Shown here: in pieces, positions 13,282 through 25,206 of the stretch
Position numbering within the stretch: the first letter of the stretch is position 1
Layout of the letters: each line of letters starts with the position of its first letter
NCBI RefSeq assembly: GCF_000150275.1
Contig: NW_002060952.1
Span: 1,230,452-1,294,451 of the forward strand
Source: Trichoplax adhaerens
Lineage: Eukaryota > Animalia > Placozoa
Direction of reading: 5' to 3'
Length of the DNA stretch: 64,000 nt
Program-made: the position numbers and the translations under genes
The notes under the pieces: generated by a model
What the model saw: only the letters and a program-made list of their open reading frames with translations
Told to the model about the DNA's origin: nothing
Databases searched by the model: none

Positions 13282-16200
13282 GGTAGCAACTAATCAAAAT
13301 GATATTTGAGGGTACTACTATATTATAAGTATGAAGATAGCTATGTTATCAGAATAGCACAATAAATAAATTCTAGCAGCTAGTAACTACACGAAGGACA
13401 TAAAAATCTGACGATCACCATTATTGTCGACATAAACTTCCATTATCTTAATAATTTGTGGTTTAAATGAAAAATTACAACCAAGAAAATTCTCTCTCGT
13501 ATTTCAATGCCTCTTCTATGAAAATAAACTTACCGTATCTTAGAAAAATAAAGCAGTTAATACTTTCCTAGCTGCAAAATTTTAGTGTACCTACGACATT
13601 ACAGTTATACTATAATACGAAATCAAATGTACTACACAATCTTAAATATAATTAGGCAGCCTTTAAATTAGTTTATAGATTTACGGACTCGCTATGATGC
13701 TGAATTTAATTTTTAGTGCTTAGTAGTTAAGTTAATGGTTGATAATAGCTTTTGCATATAATTTATAAACATTATATTAGTCTAAATTTCAATAATTATT
13801 CGAATATAGAGTAAACAGAAGTACAGCTTTTACATATAGTTTGCAGTTTAATAACTAGATGCGACCTCAAAATTAGCTTTACTATACAATCTTCAATACT
13901 CTATTATTTCTTGCTTGTAGCTTACAGACCAGGAAACTGCTAATATTACGAAAATCAATTATAATACAAATATAAAAATTCTTATACGATAGTTCATAAG
14001 TTTGAGGACTGAATATGATAGCGAAAGTCACTCTTATATACCTCTGTTAAGTACCTTTGATGGAAGGCTATAGCCAGCAAGGCTGGAAAATATTACAAAA
14101 AATCAATTGGATATATAAACACGATTAACGCTTGATGGAAGCTTTGCATTATAATCCTCAGTCAAAGGTCCATATTTGAAATTTTATAGAATAATCTATT
14201 TCGCTTTTTTTTGAAGGCTTTGTCGAACTGTATTCATGAATTTCATGAAATTTTTGATTCTTAACAGTGGACGATAATTAATACCTGTCACAAACCAGCT
14301 TCGTGACAAGGATAACGTAAAACAAATCTCTAAATTACTATAGTCTCCGGGATACAGTATCCCTTAACTACCTCACAAGAATTTAGACGCCTTTGATTCT
14401 ACGTTAAACTATACAATTGAGAACTACTTTATTCAACTATCTGACGGGTTTATATACCCTTCTACAGCAGCTAACATTCACGAGTCATCTTATAAAAATA
14501 CTTCTTAGGTGAGAACATCTACTAACTAATTTTTCACATTCGGATTACAACAAGTCCATTCACAGAATCATTTCAGTGCACATTGCAGCACAGCATTAAA
14601 TTTACTGTAACACATTTGTAATTAGAGTAATTCCTATTGTAAGGAACTAGTTGTAATATATTATCACTATATTATATTTACCAAATTTAGATAGCTATTT
14701 CTTCACGGTAGTTCGTACCGTGACAATACCATATGTATTTGATGAGCTATTCTTACATATCTCATAACTTCTGAATAGCTAGTACATTTTTTCATTTATT
14801 CACCCTTCTGTCACAACCCTCACTTGTGGCAAAGGAAAGTAAAGAACTCTAGTGTAGTTACTTAAAACTTGGGCTATTTCTCCCAGTACTTTCAGTTTCT
14901 ATGAGAGAAGTATTTGAGAACTCGATTTCTCGGCTGATCTCCATAGACAACTGACTAATTATTACACTATTCTTCACAATATGAGTCTTGCCGTTTCTTG
15001 AGCAATTACTTACTTTATTCTACAAACACGCGCTTAAATAGGTTTCTACAGTGAATTCCAATATTAACGAGTGAGAATTCATGCTTTACAAGTTACATTA
15101 ATTAGTATAATACCATTACTAAATATACATGTCGATATTCTCAGACTTAGATAGCTACAAGCTATCAGGTGTTAAGACGCTTAACCTTCGTCCATATACA
15201 GCTCAATTTTTAGAGATTAACACACCTTATAAACCTACAGTAAATTAACTGCTAACAACTTCTATTTTTATCTCATTTGTACCATCCTATTATCAGCTAC
15301 AAGCGCATTAAAACATAGCACATAACCTTATCTTATCTATTCATAAGCATTCATTAATTTACAGTTACTTAATTAGTAACGGCGTACCGTGACACCTTCA
15401 TATAGTAATTAGTTACCTCTACTATATTTTCTAATAAATAATAAGAGAAGCGGTCAGAGAACAGATATTGATTCTTTTGCCATTTAAAGCATGGCAAGTT
15501 TTGATAAATCCATGAGAACTTGAAGAAATATCTTCCGTTGACTACCTTATTCATGGACTAGTGTAGAAGCACAACATCTTAACCGAACTAATCGATGATA
15601 AAAGGCATTGAAGGACACAATTATTAGGTGAATAATATGGTCTATTAAATTCGCTACTCAACCTTAATACATCTTGAAAATCAATCGAACTGAAGATTTA
15701 TATACGTTCTCAGAGAAACAGCTTTAGCTCTCGATATAATTGTATAGCAAACAAATAGAAGAAATAATGATTGCCAGAGCATAATTTTAGCTAAAATAAA
15801 ATCTTACTTTTTTCTATTGCAATTAATTATCGATTTTAGGTGGCCCCATTTTCGTTTCGTCGTTCCCGTCCGTAATTTTTTCTTTACATTGGCTACAGAA
15901 AATCGGCCAATTTCCATCTTAAGAACTAAGTGGTGATGATATACTACTGAAGTCATGCAGAAAGTTCTAAATATAGGCGAATAATCTATAAGACGGCTGG
16001 GTAAAGTTAGTTGGAATGCCGATGAGAATAAAAAATAAGTAAGATTTCGCACTAAATCTTGCATCCTTTATTCAATTTGTTTTTTCCATGGACTTAATTT
16101 TTATCCTATTGAAATAATTCTTACAGTATTCTCTTACTTGTTACGCGATCAAAATTGATTCTCAATTTCTAGTTCCAATTGATGGTAATAGACTGAAAAT

Positions 16201-19200
16201 ATCCGACTACAATTTTGATCACAACTTTTTCGTGTACAAATCATGTGATAAATATTGAACGAACTACGTACGATTCAAAATAAAACGAAGAATTTCTCAT
16301 TTAAAATTTACTTAATTTAGTTTCTAATGCTCTCATTTTAACTATTTCTCATGATAGCCCCAGGTTTAGATCACTATGATCGATTCCTGAACGCTAATTC
16401 ATAGTTCTAAGCAATCATATTATTTTGTAAAACAGAACTAATTGGTCTTATTCGCTTACAGTTATTGCTTTTTGTTGAATATTACTATAAACATCATAAT
16501 AATATCAAACCATAACAGAACTAATTTTAAGTTAGTGCCTATAATATCTCTATTTTCTAAAATATGATAGAATTACACGAATATAACGCTCACTTAGCGA
16601 ATGTACTACACAGATTTAAGGTAAAACAGCTTTACTACACTAATTAAAAATTTTATTATGAATAATATAATGCGTAATATCCTCCAACTATCGCTCACTA
16701 TTCTTTCTCCTTCTTCTTTTCTTTACAACTTTTGCTCGTTCAAATTAAACAGCTTATCTAATAAATATTATTTTCAATACCAAATACGCACGTCTTCTGT
16801 TATGAAGATAAATATAATTTTCAGTACCAGATAGAAATATTTATGTTTATCTTAATTCTAACTAGATACAAGTTATACCAATCATCTACATGTTTATTAC
16901 ACGTGACAGATAACACGTACAAGTATTATATTTCAGTTTTCTAATATAAGTTTAGCAATAGATCTTAATAGTTGCGTGTCTACCTACGATTACAAACTGG
17001 TAAATAATGACTACGAGAGTATATAACAACACTAAAAATTTTTTATCTGCCCTAGCTCTTAAATGATATGTACAGAAATTAAACTACACTTACCTTGCTA
17101 TTAAGCATTCAAATGTATCTTTCAACAAAATATTGAAATGCTGTTTAATCTAAATTTTAAACTACTATATATTTAGCTATTTCCAATCGTATTATTCCTT
17201 TTGGAAATTTAGCGTAATATATGTTTCGTTCAATCAGTATCCGAAACGTGTAAATTGAAAATTGAAAAATTTTGTAGGAATTCAAAAATACTGATTTAAA
17301 ATCTCAATTTGTTACCATGTGTAGTCCTTTAAGACATCACAGGATCAAATTATAGATCATAATAACCTAATAAATAGACAACATAGGAATTGTAAATAGA
17401 GTATCAAGTATTGCCGCCAAAATGCTAAAATCGTCTATAATCTCACCTTCAAACTAGCATAATTTTGAAAATGCTCAAGTTTCATTACTTATCTTATTGA
17501 TTGTAGACGTATTTTCCTCATCTAGCTTTACAGTTCTGTGACATTAATTCATCCATCCTATACTTATAATCATGACAAGATGACTGCGGCGATATAAAAA
17601 GTGGCTACTTGAATGAATCAGAATTTATCCATTTATAGGTTCAGTCCTGATTGCCGATAGTCTACTTCTAGCTTAGCCTGTTGTATCGGCCATTATTTTA
17701 TAATTTTCTAGGCTTACTACCAACAATTATTTTACTGCAGTGCAAATGAAAACTGATTACAATTACTTATTGATTATTTATTATATCCGGCACTGAAATT
17801 AAATTACTATATAACATTATAAGTGATGATTTAAGAGATTTTCTTTCGTAATTTAAAGCACTAATAATCATAATTTAAAATAAAAATAATTACTGGCACC
17901 TATCCAAACGTAACTACAAGTGATAGGAATTCCACTATGCTGGCTGAATTCTGATTTCTTACTCCACCGCGATATAATAGATTAGAAGGCCTTGATGCAC
18001 TAATTGTTTAGATAAGGGAAGTTTCTAGAAACTATAACTTTCGCACTAACAATTCTAGTATTATAAAATAGTAGGCTAGTATTTAAATCAGGTCCTTTTC
18101 CTCAATTTAATTTCCAACTTTCCATTCTTCTCACACAATAAAATAATAAGACTTGAAGGATCTAATTTTCGCTATGGAAGTTGTGAATATGATCCTGCTT
18201 CCAAACAGATTTGATCGATTGCAATGTACGAGCACACATTTGTATTTAGAGTATACCTACTTATTTCTGACATGTTGTACCTAATACATTGTACTTGTTA
18301 CTAGTCATAATGAAAAAATTTAAAGCCCGTAAAGCTCATAATGACTTACGAATTTATTCCAAATAAGTTGCATATAGACAAATATGCATTTCTAATTGAT
18401 TCTACTCGATATTTAACAATTACATTTAATAATAATACGGTAAAGTTGGTTCATTGTTTTAATGTACTAAATTTAATACAATCAAAATGCATAAAAAAAT
18501 ATCGGCTTTTATTATTATTTCGCAATATCTTAAAGTTTTGAACTCAATTAGTCGACACTATGAAATTACTGATAGTAATTTAATGCGTTGGATTGTTCGA
18601 ATTAAAGCTCTGAATAATCTGTGTTCGCTATATTTTGAGGCAAAAATTTTGGTTTTTAATTGAAATTTATGCTGTAAAATGAATTATTTCAAGTTCAAAA
18701 AGGTTCATTATGGTATTTCAATTGCAAGTATACTTATCACCATTAAATTACTAATGTAATTAACTATTGAATTTTTACCACCCATGAATCGATCATAATA
18801 CGAAGTAGATATAATAATTATTATTATATACTATTATATCATTTTAATATATAAATCCGTCATTTTTCTTTATTTTTCTATTCGTTAATAATTTATTCCT
18901 CGGGTATGGTATATCATCAATTGCTAAAAATGTTACTATAGTGACGTATGATATTGTATGATAAAATTGCGGTATTAGACATAGCCATAATGATTGAGGT
19001 TTTCCACTTATGCGGTTCACATAAATATTTCGGTATTCTATTCCAGTATTCTATTCCATTCTTGCCATAGTTCTATACGGCTCTGTTATGATACCATTAA
19101 ATTAATTAATAACGCCAATGTGCAACTAGACCTTAATTTCATTAATTAGAAAGTTAAAAGTTAATTTTCAACGAAATTTATGGCTTTTAATGCCAATTAA

Positions 19201-19963
19201 GCAGAGAATATTTCGGTTATTATTGATACTGTTGGCTATCTTAGCATTTTAAAACACTTCTAATTTTTAATCACTGGAGTCAAAAATATATTTAATTATA
19301 CCACAATAAGAAAAGAATATAATAGTTGCCTCCTGAATTCTTAGCCAAAATAAAGATAGAACTTCATTTAGTATTATCGCCTTTACAGTTTAATGAATTC
19401 AATTGTGTAAATAATCCTTGAACCATAGCTTGTATTAATTAATAACGAATTTACCTTAAATAAGTTGTTTATAGACCACCTATTCTGGCGAATCGTATAT
19501 TATTTAATCAGATAAAACCAGCTGGACTTGATCATTAAGCACCGGAAAATGATGTTGTAGAATAAAAAAGTTCTATTGAAGTTGGAAGGAACACTTTTTA
19601 TTCTTTTTCTCCATAGATTGATTAGGACTTGATTATTGGTTTTCTCTTTTATCGGATAGAATAGATAATTCTATTTATATTGCATAATTTAATATTTTAC
19701 ATTCTACTGCGAATGAATATAATTTACCGTGTAGTCCGCCGTAAAGAAACTTTGCGATGATTCCTTTCATTAAATTTATTTCTTACGTTCTTTATCATTT
19801 TAGGGTTCAATTCAATGTTCATTTTTTAAAAATTAAGCTGAATTAATTTACTATCCTATCTTATAACGTTGCTGCCATCCGTCTTGGATTATCCGATTAT
19901 CAGTGTGCTAAATCTTTCATTGATCTCTATTTATGTTTAGTGTCAAATAGAAAAGAAAACTAT

Positions 19964-21037
19964 ATGGCCTCCAGAGACATCAATACTTCCAGTAATTTTA
20001 CTAAAACTGGTATTAGCCAACCCGTTATTATCAATTTCAGTTTTGGGTTAGCTGGTTGTATCCTGAATGGTTTGGTTTGCTTAATCATTGCAACTCATAA
20101 AAGTTTACGCCAGCCATTTAATCACTTAATTTTAAATTTATCATTATCTGATTTTTTCGTATCATTATCTGTTATCCTCTATGGATTATCCAATTATTTA
20201 GCAGTGTACCAGTCAGCTAATAATTTATCTATAACTGTAGCGGATATTTTGTGTAAATTGGACGTATTTTGCATCTTAGCATCTATTTCAGCTGCTTGCT
20301 TAACTTTATCCATCATTAGCATCGAGCGTTATCAAGCCATTGCTATTTTACGCTTGCATAAAATGAAATTGTCGACTACGCGTAAAATTATCCTTATAAT
20401 TTGGATCTTAGCGAGCATACCAGCTGCTATTCCAGCATATTTTTCTAGAATTGATGCCAACCTCTACCACAGCTGTCATTTAAATCAAATGGATAATTTT
20501 TTCTTAATTGTTTTTTGTGTTATACTGTTCTGTTTAACTTGTTTTCTACCCGTCATTTTTATGCTACTCCTCTATGGCATTATTACTCATAAGTTATGGA
20601 TTACCACTCGAATTACCCCTTCAACTGTATCTCAAGTAGCTAGTAAGCGTAAACGCTATCTACGCCGTAGTGTTATAGCTATATTAGGCATTTCATTATT
20701 TTCATCGGGTACGGCCTTGCCCTATTTAGTATTTTCCATTATCCTTATCATCGGCCAACATTATGATTCTGAATTTAAATTGATTTTTATTGCTAAAAAT
20801 GAGTTAATTTGGTCGATTAGTACGTATTTATTTATATTAACTCCGATTTTAAATCCACTGTTGTATAATTTAGCAAGCAGTCAATTTCGTGAAGTCTTAT
20901 ATCATCTGCTAAATTCCCATGATTGCAAATTTCTCGCAAGAACAAGGAGACGAACAAACACTGTACCAATTCAACGTACAACGACTATTAGAACTCTTAC
21001 TACAAAGCCTAGCCATCAATTAACGGCGGTTGATTAA
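19964..21037 (+). CDS. Intronless class A orphan GPCR, paralogue 3
   Basis: The ORF track starts at a GTG (19940); the first in-frame ATG is 19964 (MASRDINTSSNFT). Motifs: GCILNG, NLSLSD, SIERY, PILNPLLYNLASSQFR, and a Ser/Thr-rich C-tail. Confidence 0.95.
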   Translation: MASRDINTSSNFTKTGISQPVIINFSFGLAGCILNGLVCLIIATHKSLRQPFNHLILNLSLSDFFVSLSVILYGLSNYLAVYQSANNLSITVADILCKLDVFCILASISAACLTLSIISIERYQAIAILRLHKMKLSTTRKIILIIWILASIPAAIPAYFSRIDANLYHSCHLNQMDNFFLIVFCVILFCLTCFLPVIFMLLLYGIITHKLWITTRITPSTVSQVASKRKRYLRRSVIAILGISLFSSGTALPYLVFSIILIIGQHYDSEFKLIFIAKNELIWSISTYLFILTPILNPLLYNLASSQFREVLYHLLNSHDCKFLARTRRRTNTVPIQRTTTIRTLTTKPSHQLTAVD

Positions 21038-22860
21038 AAATATTCAATAAAAAAATATCGTTAAAAGATTTTATACAGCCTAACTGCAGACGTAAATTGC
21101 GTATGTTATGGTATATCCATAAAAATGAGATGGAATTAAAACATAACTTAACGAGCTGGGGTTGAATTGCTAGATATGAAATCAGTACTGATCTCAAATT
21201 ACAAACAACTTTTTTTATAATTTATGCCAATTATTAACAATTTATTCTTCATTTATCTTTCATGTGGCGAATTTAGAAGGCAAGCCACATTCATTAAAGC
21301 TCGACGATTTGTTGGAAAGCAAAGATGAATTTGCTATTCTTTTCATATCTCACCAAAATCATTTCCTAATAGAACCATTAACTCTTCATGAATTAACACA
21401 GGGTTTCCAGATTGAATAATTTGCAATAAAATATTAAATTATTCTTTTATATAGGAAATATTCATCGAATTCTTTGTGCAGAATGATAAAAAACTCTTGC
21501 CCTGAATGTATAATAAAATTTTATAGCAACGTATCTTTACTTTCTGTCTTAACTTAAATCTGTATTAAATAATAGCTTTAAAAACTGGTTTTCTAGCTAC
21601 TAGATTGGACTCATAAGCTTGATACTCTAAGAAATTAAGGTATATTTAAGGGAATGTACTTAACTTATGTAGTAAAGAAATAAAACCAGTTCCGCTTTCA
21701 TCTTCAGCTTTACTCATTACCTGGATATCCGGTTTTGAAGCATTTAACCTTTATTAATCCAATGTTTTGTTTTCTAAATAAACGCATTAACTCCATGCAA
21801 TGTATAGGAAACTAAGTCATTTGGATAACACCATGCATAGCAGCTGACTTACTGCAATCATAATTATTACATCTTGAAATCAATAGTTGCATGCTACTTC
21901 ATTAATGATTACAGTCTAGATTGCATTTACCTCTACTTCGTAATATGCTTATCTTGTAAAGCCTTAAAGTGGAGCAAAATTTACTGCATTTTATGTTAGA
22001 TCTTAAGGATGAATTAAATAGTACAGTAACGATTTTCCGATAAAAAATATCGAAAGAGACAGTGGCGAATTAAAATTTGAGACAATACCATAGTACTAGT
22101 AATATCTCGTTTTAGGGAACTAGTTATGCGGGTCATATATTACGGGTTTTGGATGTTTAATATTACTATCCTTAAGGGTTGTATCTTCAGAAGTTATCGT
22201 CGTATTAGCTAATATTTAACAAAAAAATGCCCATATTTCGGCTACGTATTACCAAAATATTTAAACTACTATATTATTATTTAACGTTTTTAATCAAAAT
22301 ATGATCTTATCCTGTAATATCTGTCAACCTTATAATGCCGAATTTTAATCCAAGGTGTGGTAATATTAACATTAGCAATGTTTTCACTCATGCAATTGTA
22401 GTAAAGGATTAAGAGTAGAGTCCTTTATAGCGTTTAGTATGCAACTAGTATTATTTTACGATAGAAAATACCTAGAAAGTGATAGTGTCTTTAAGTTTTA
22501 CCCTGCCAAATCATCATATCACCATCTTTTCTACTTCATTAATTTACAAGGTATTATATAGATTACTATAGAAGTAGCCCTAGAGCAAATGCCTAATCTA
22601 AAGAAAGGGCGTTTGATCGTCTATTCAAATTGTAACTAAATTTGACTTAGTAACAAACAAAACCCTATCCTTAGAGAAAGGGGATTTATGAAAGGACAGT
22701 AAAGTACTATAATGTAGTCTATAATCGTACAGTTACCATACAACCTGAGGCTAAAATATCAACTGTCAATACTCAGCGATACTAATGTCAGAAAGTAGTC
22801 GTGATAGTCATATAAAATTTTTTGATTAGCGAAATAGCGATTACTGTAATCTTTATAAAA

Positions 22861-23730
22861 TCCGGATTTTTTGGATTCGGATTCAGGAACCGGTCGGATT
22901 TATGTCCGATATAATTTTCCTGTTTTAATTTTTGGATTTTTGTTCATGAAAAATATCGTAAGAGTTGATTTTTGAAATTTGAACTTTTTGTTATCAATTT
23001 GAAATTTGGGAATTTTATGACGTGATTTGAAGTCACATTAGGAAAGTTAGTTAGGAAAATAGAAAATAAGATGGAAATTGGCAGAGGTTGTGTTGATTGT
23101 TAAGTAGTTAGAATGTTATTTTTATGACTAAATCTTGATGTTCAAAGGTTGATTTTTAGACTTTTATAGTGTATTAATGATAGAAATTATGTTAGAAGTG
23201 AAGTTTGTTGTATTTTATTGTTAGCTTATTGGTTTTGTAGTGTTTTGTAAGGGAATCGTAGGGTAAATTGTGTCTGAACTTTGAATGATTTTTGTTTTCT
23301 TAAATGGTGCAAAGTAGTTTTCTAAAACGGATCTTAAGAGCGATTGGTTAGCAAATGTTTAGTTTTAAATACCTCTGACTGCTCTACGAAGCCTATAAAT
23401 GATAGTGCAATTAGAAAATTTAGGGGAAGAGTAGAAGAAGATTTTATTTGAAGAACTTGTTGAATTTAAAAGGCCTTCGGGGTCGAATTGTCGTAAGTTA
23501 AAACGTTCTTCTTTTTGAAAGGTTGTTTGGTCGTTGATAGTTTTTAAGTCTGTCACTTATTTTATTAATACTTAAATTAAGTATTTGTAAGGTTGTTTGG
23601 TTTATACTTCTCTCCATTTTTTTAATAAATTGTTGTTCGGTTATTTCCCCAAATTTTATTTTGTGTCAAAGTTTCGTTAAGTCGATCGGAGTGTAGCGAA
23701 AGTAGAATCAAAGTTTGTTAAAGTTTTGTA
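22861..23730. other. Strand-skewed (plus strand G/T-rich, C-poor) island, probably a relic of an inserted element
   Basis: Hand counts: 23041-23100 has 19 G and 1 C; 23161-23220 has 12 G and 1 C. The left edge carries repeated (c)ggatt motifs (tccggattttttggattcggattc...cggatt). An LRR-like peptide reads on the minus strand at 23552-23602. Confidence 0.5.
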
Positions 23731-23801
23731 GCTTGATCTCTACACTTTTCATTTCATTACACAATAAATATATATGATAATATAATAAAGAGTAAAAGAA
23801 A

Positions 23802-25206
23802 TCAGTTCAATACTTCGCCATTTAAGAATTTTTTACCACCTTAAAGGATAGATTTGGCTTATCGTTAGGTATTAAATGTCCAGCTCCTTTAAGGAAAGCA
23901 TACTGAAAATTATTGCAATTAGCGGTGTAACCACCAATTTGTTTACCCATAGAATGAATAAAATGCCAAGGTCTATAGCTATCAAGGAGTGTTTGATGGT
24001 AAGAGTTTCACAGCTTACTAAAATATCTTAAGCCTCCACCAAATGCTACTAATGCATCTAAATCACCATAAACCGCCAGCAGTCTCAATTTAGGTAAAAT
24101 ATAATTGTAAACAGAGTTCATACTCTCGTACTGTATTGCATAAGAATATTTTCCATCGATAAAATTACTACAAATCTGCCATTGTGGTGCTACAGAAGGT
24201 ATGTGCAAGGCTTGACGAACTTGGTACTGCCTTAAATAACGTGTTATAAGCGCATGATGAGAACAAGATGGCATTTGATAAGAACCTGCTTGAGTGATCT
24301 GATTAGTTCTTCGGATTTTTGGGGGATGGTAGCAGTTTCGGTATATATTATAAATATTATTTCCAGAGCGTAAAATTTGCTGGTAGGATTTCCAGAATTT
24401 TGTTTTACAAGCTTTAAAGTTAGAATTATAGTATTGGCATTGATCTTTATGGCAACACAAAAGTTGCAAAGATTGCAATTGCAGAGGATTTAATAAGCCA
24501 TGATGATAGCCATAAGATAGAGTTGCTCCATACATAACACTCCAATCAGTGATACCGCTTATCAAAATAACGCCCACCAAATTAATTTTTGAAATATTAA
24601 TTAATTACTTCGCTAGCAGAGGAGCGTAAAATCCGCCATAGCTTTCGCCAGTAATATAAAGTGAATTCTTGATAAACTGTGGAAAAATCTTATAAAAGTC
24701 CAACATGGCAAGATAATTGCTATCGGTAACGGTATTGTCAGAAAAATTATATTGATGATATTGATTATATGAATAACTTGTACCACCAGGAGATTCTAAA
24801 AAGATAGTATTAGCAAATTTATGCCATGAGGTATCCCGCAAGGTTAACGTAAAATCTATGGTAAGACTAAATGGCCCAATTTCTAATAGTAATCCTGCCA
24901 TGGAACTACAACCAGGACCGCCATTCATCCATAAAATTAAAGAAACATCATTTGGATTAGACTCACACTCATAGAACATATAATGTAATCTATTTGAATC
25001 AGCACCTCGAACATAGCCAGAGAATTGCCTCGCGTTTAAATCCTGTATTTGTCCTGGTAATCTATCTTTTACTAAATTTGCAATCGCACGTTTAGTTAAG
25101 ACCGTTCTAAATTGGGCATCCAAGCTAGGCTGGTTTCCAGTAGCGGAATTGTCCATAGTTTTGAGAATGATAATGATGATCAAAGTAGGCGTTGTAACAA
25201 TTTCAT
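23802..25206 (-). pseudogene. Serine carboxypeptidase (peptidase S10, cathepsin A-like) pseudogene, intronless
   Basis: One frame runs through WMNGGPGCSS, GESYGG, YGDLD and KGAGHLIP, interrupted by TAA (24605-24607) and TGA (24008-24010). The ATG at 25206 (MKLLQRLL) is one base out of frame with the rest of the signal peptide. A further 1-nt loss in the A6 run near 23830 gives a stop at 23822 instead of ...KKFLNGEVLN* (stop 23802-23804). Confidence 0.85.

Noticed and set aside
1271-21037. Opsin identity for the GPCRs
   Set aside because: None of the three has the retinal-binding Lys at TM7 position 7.43.
24008-24607. Stop-codon readthrough or selenocysteine recoding of the S10 duplicate
   Set aside because: The stops are of two kinds (TAA and TGA), frameshifts are also present, and no SECIS was seen. 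Pseudogenisation or sequence error is simpler.
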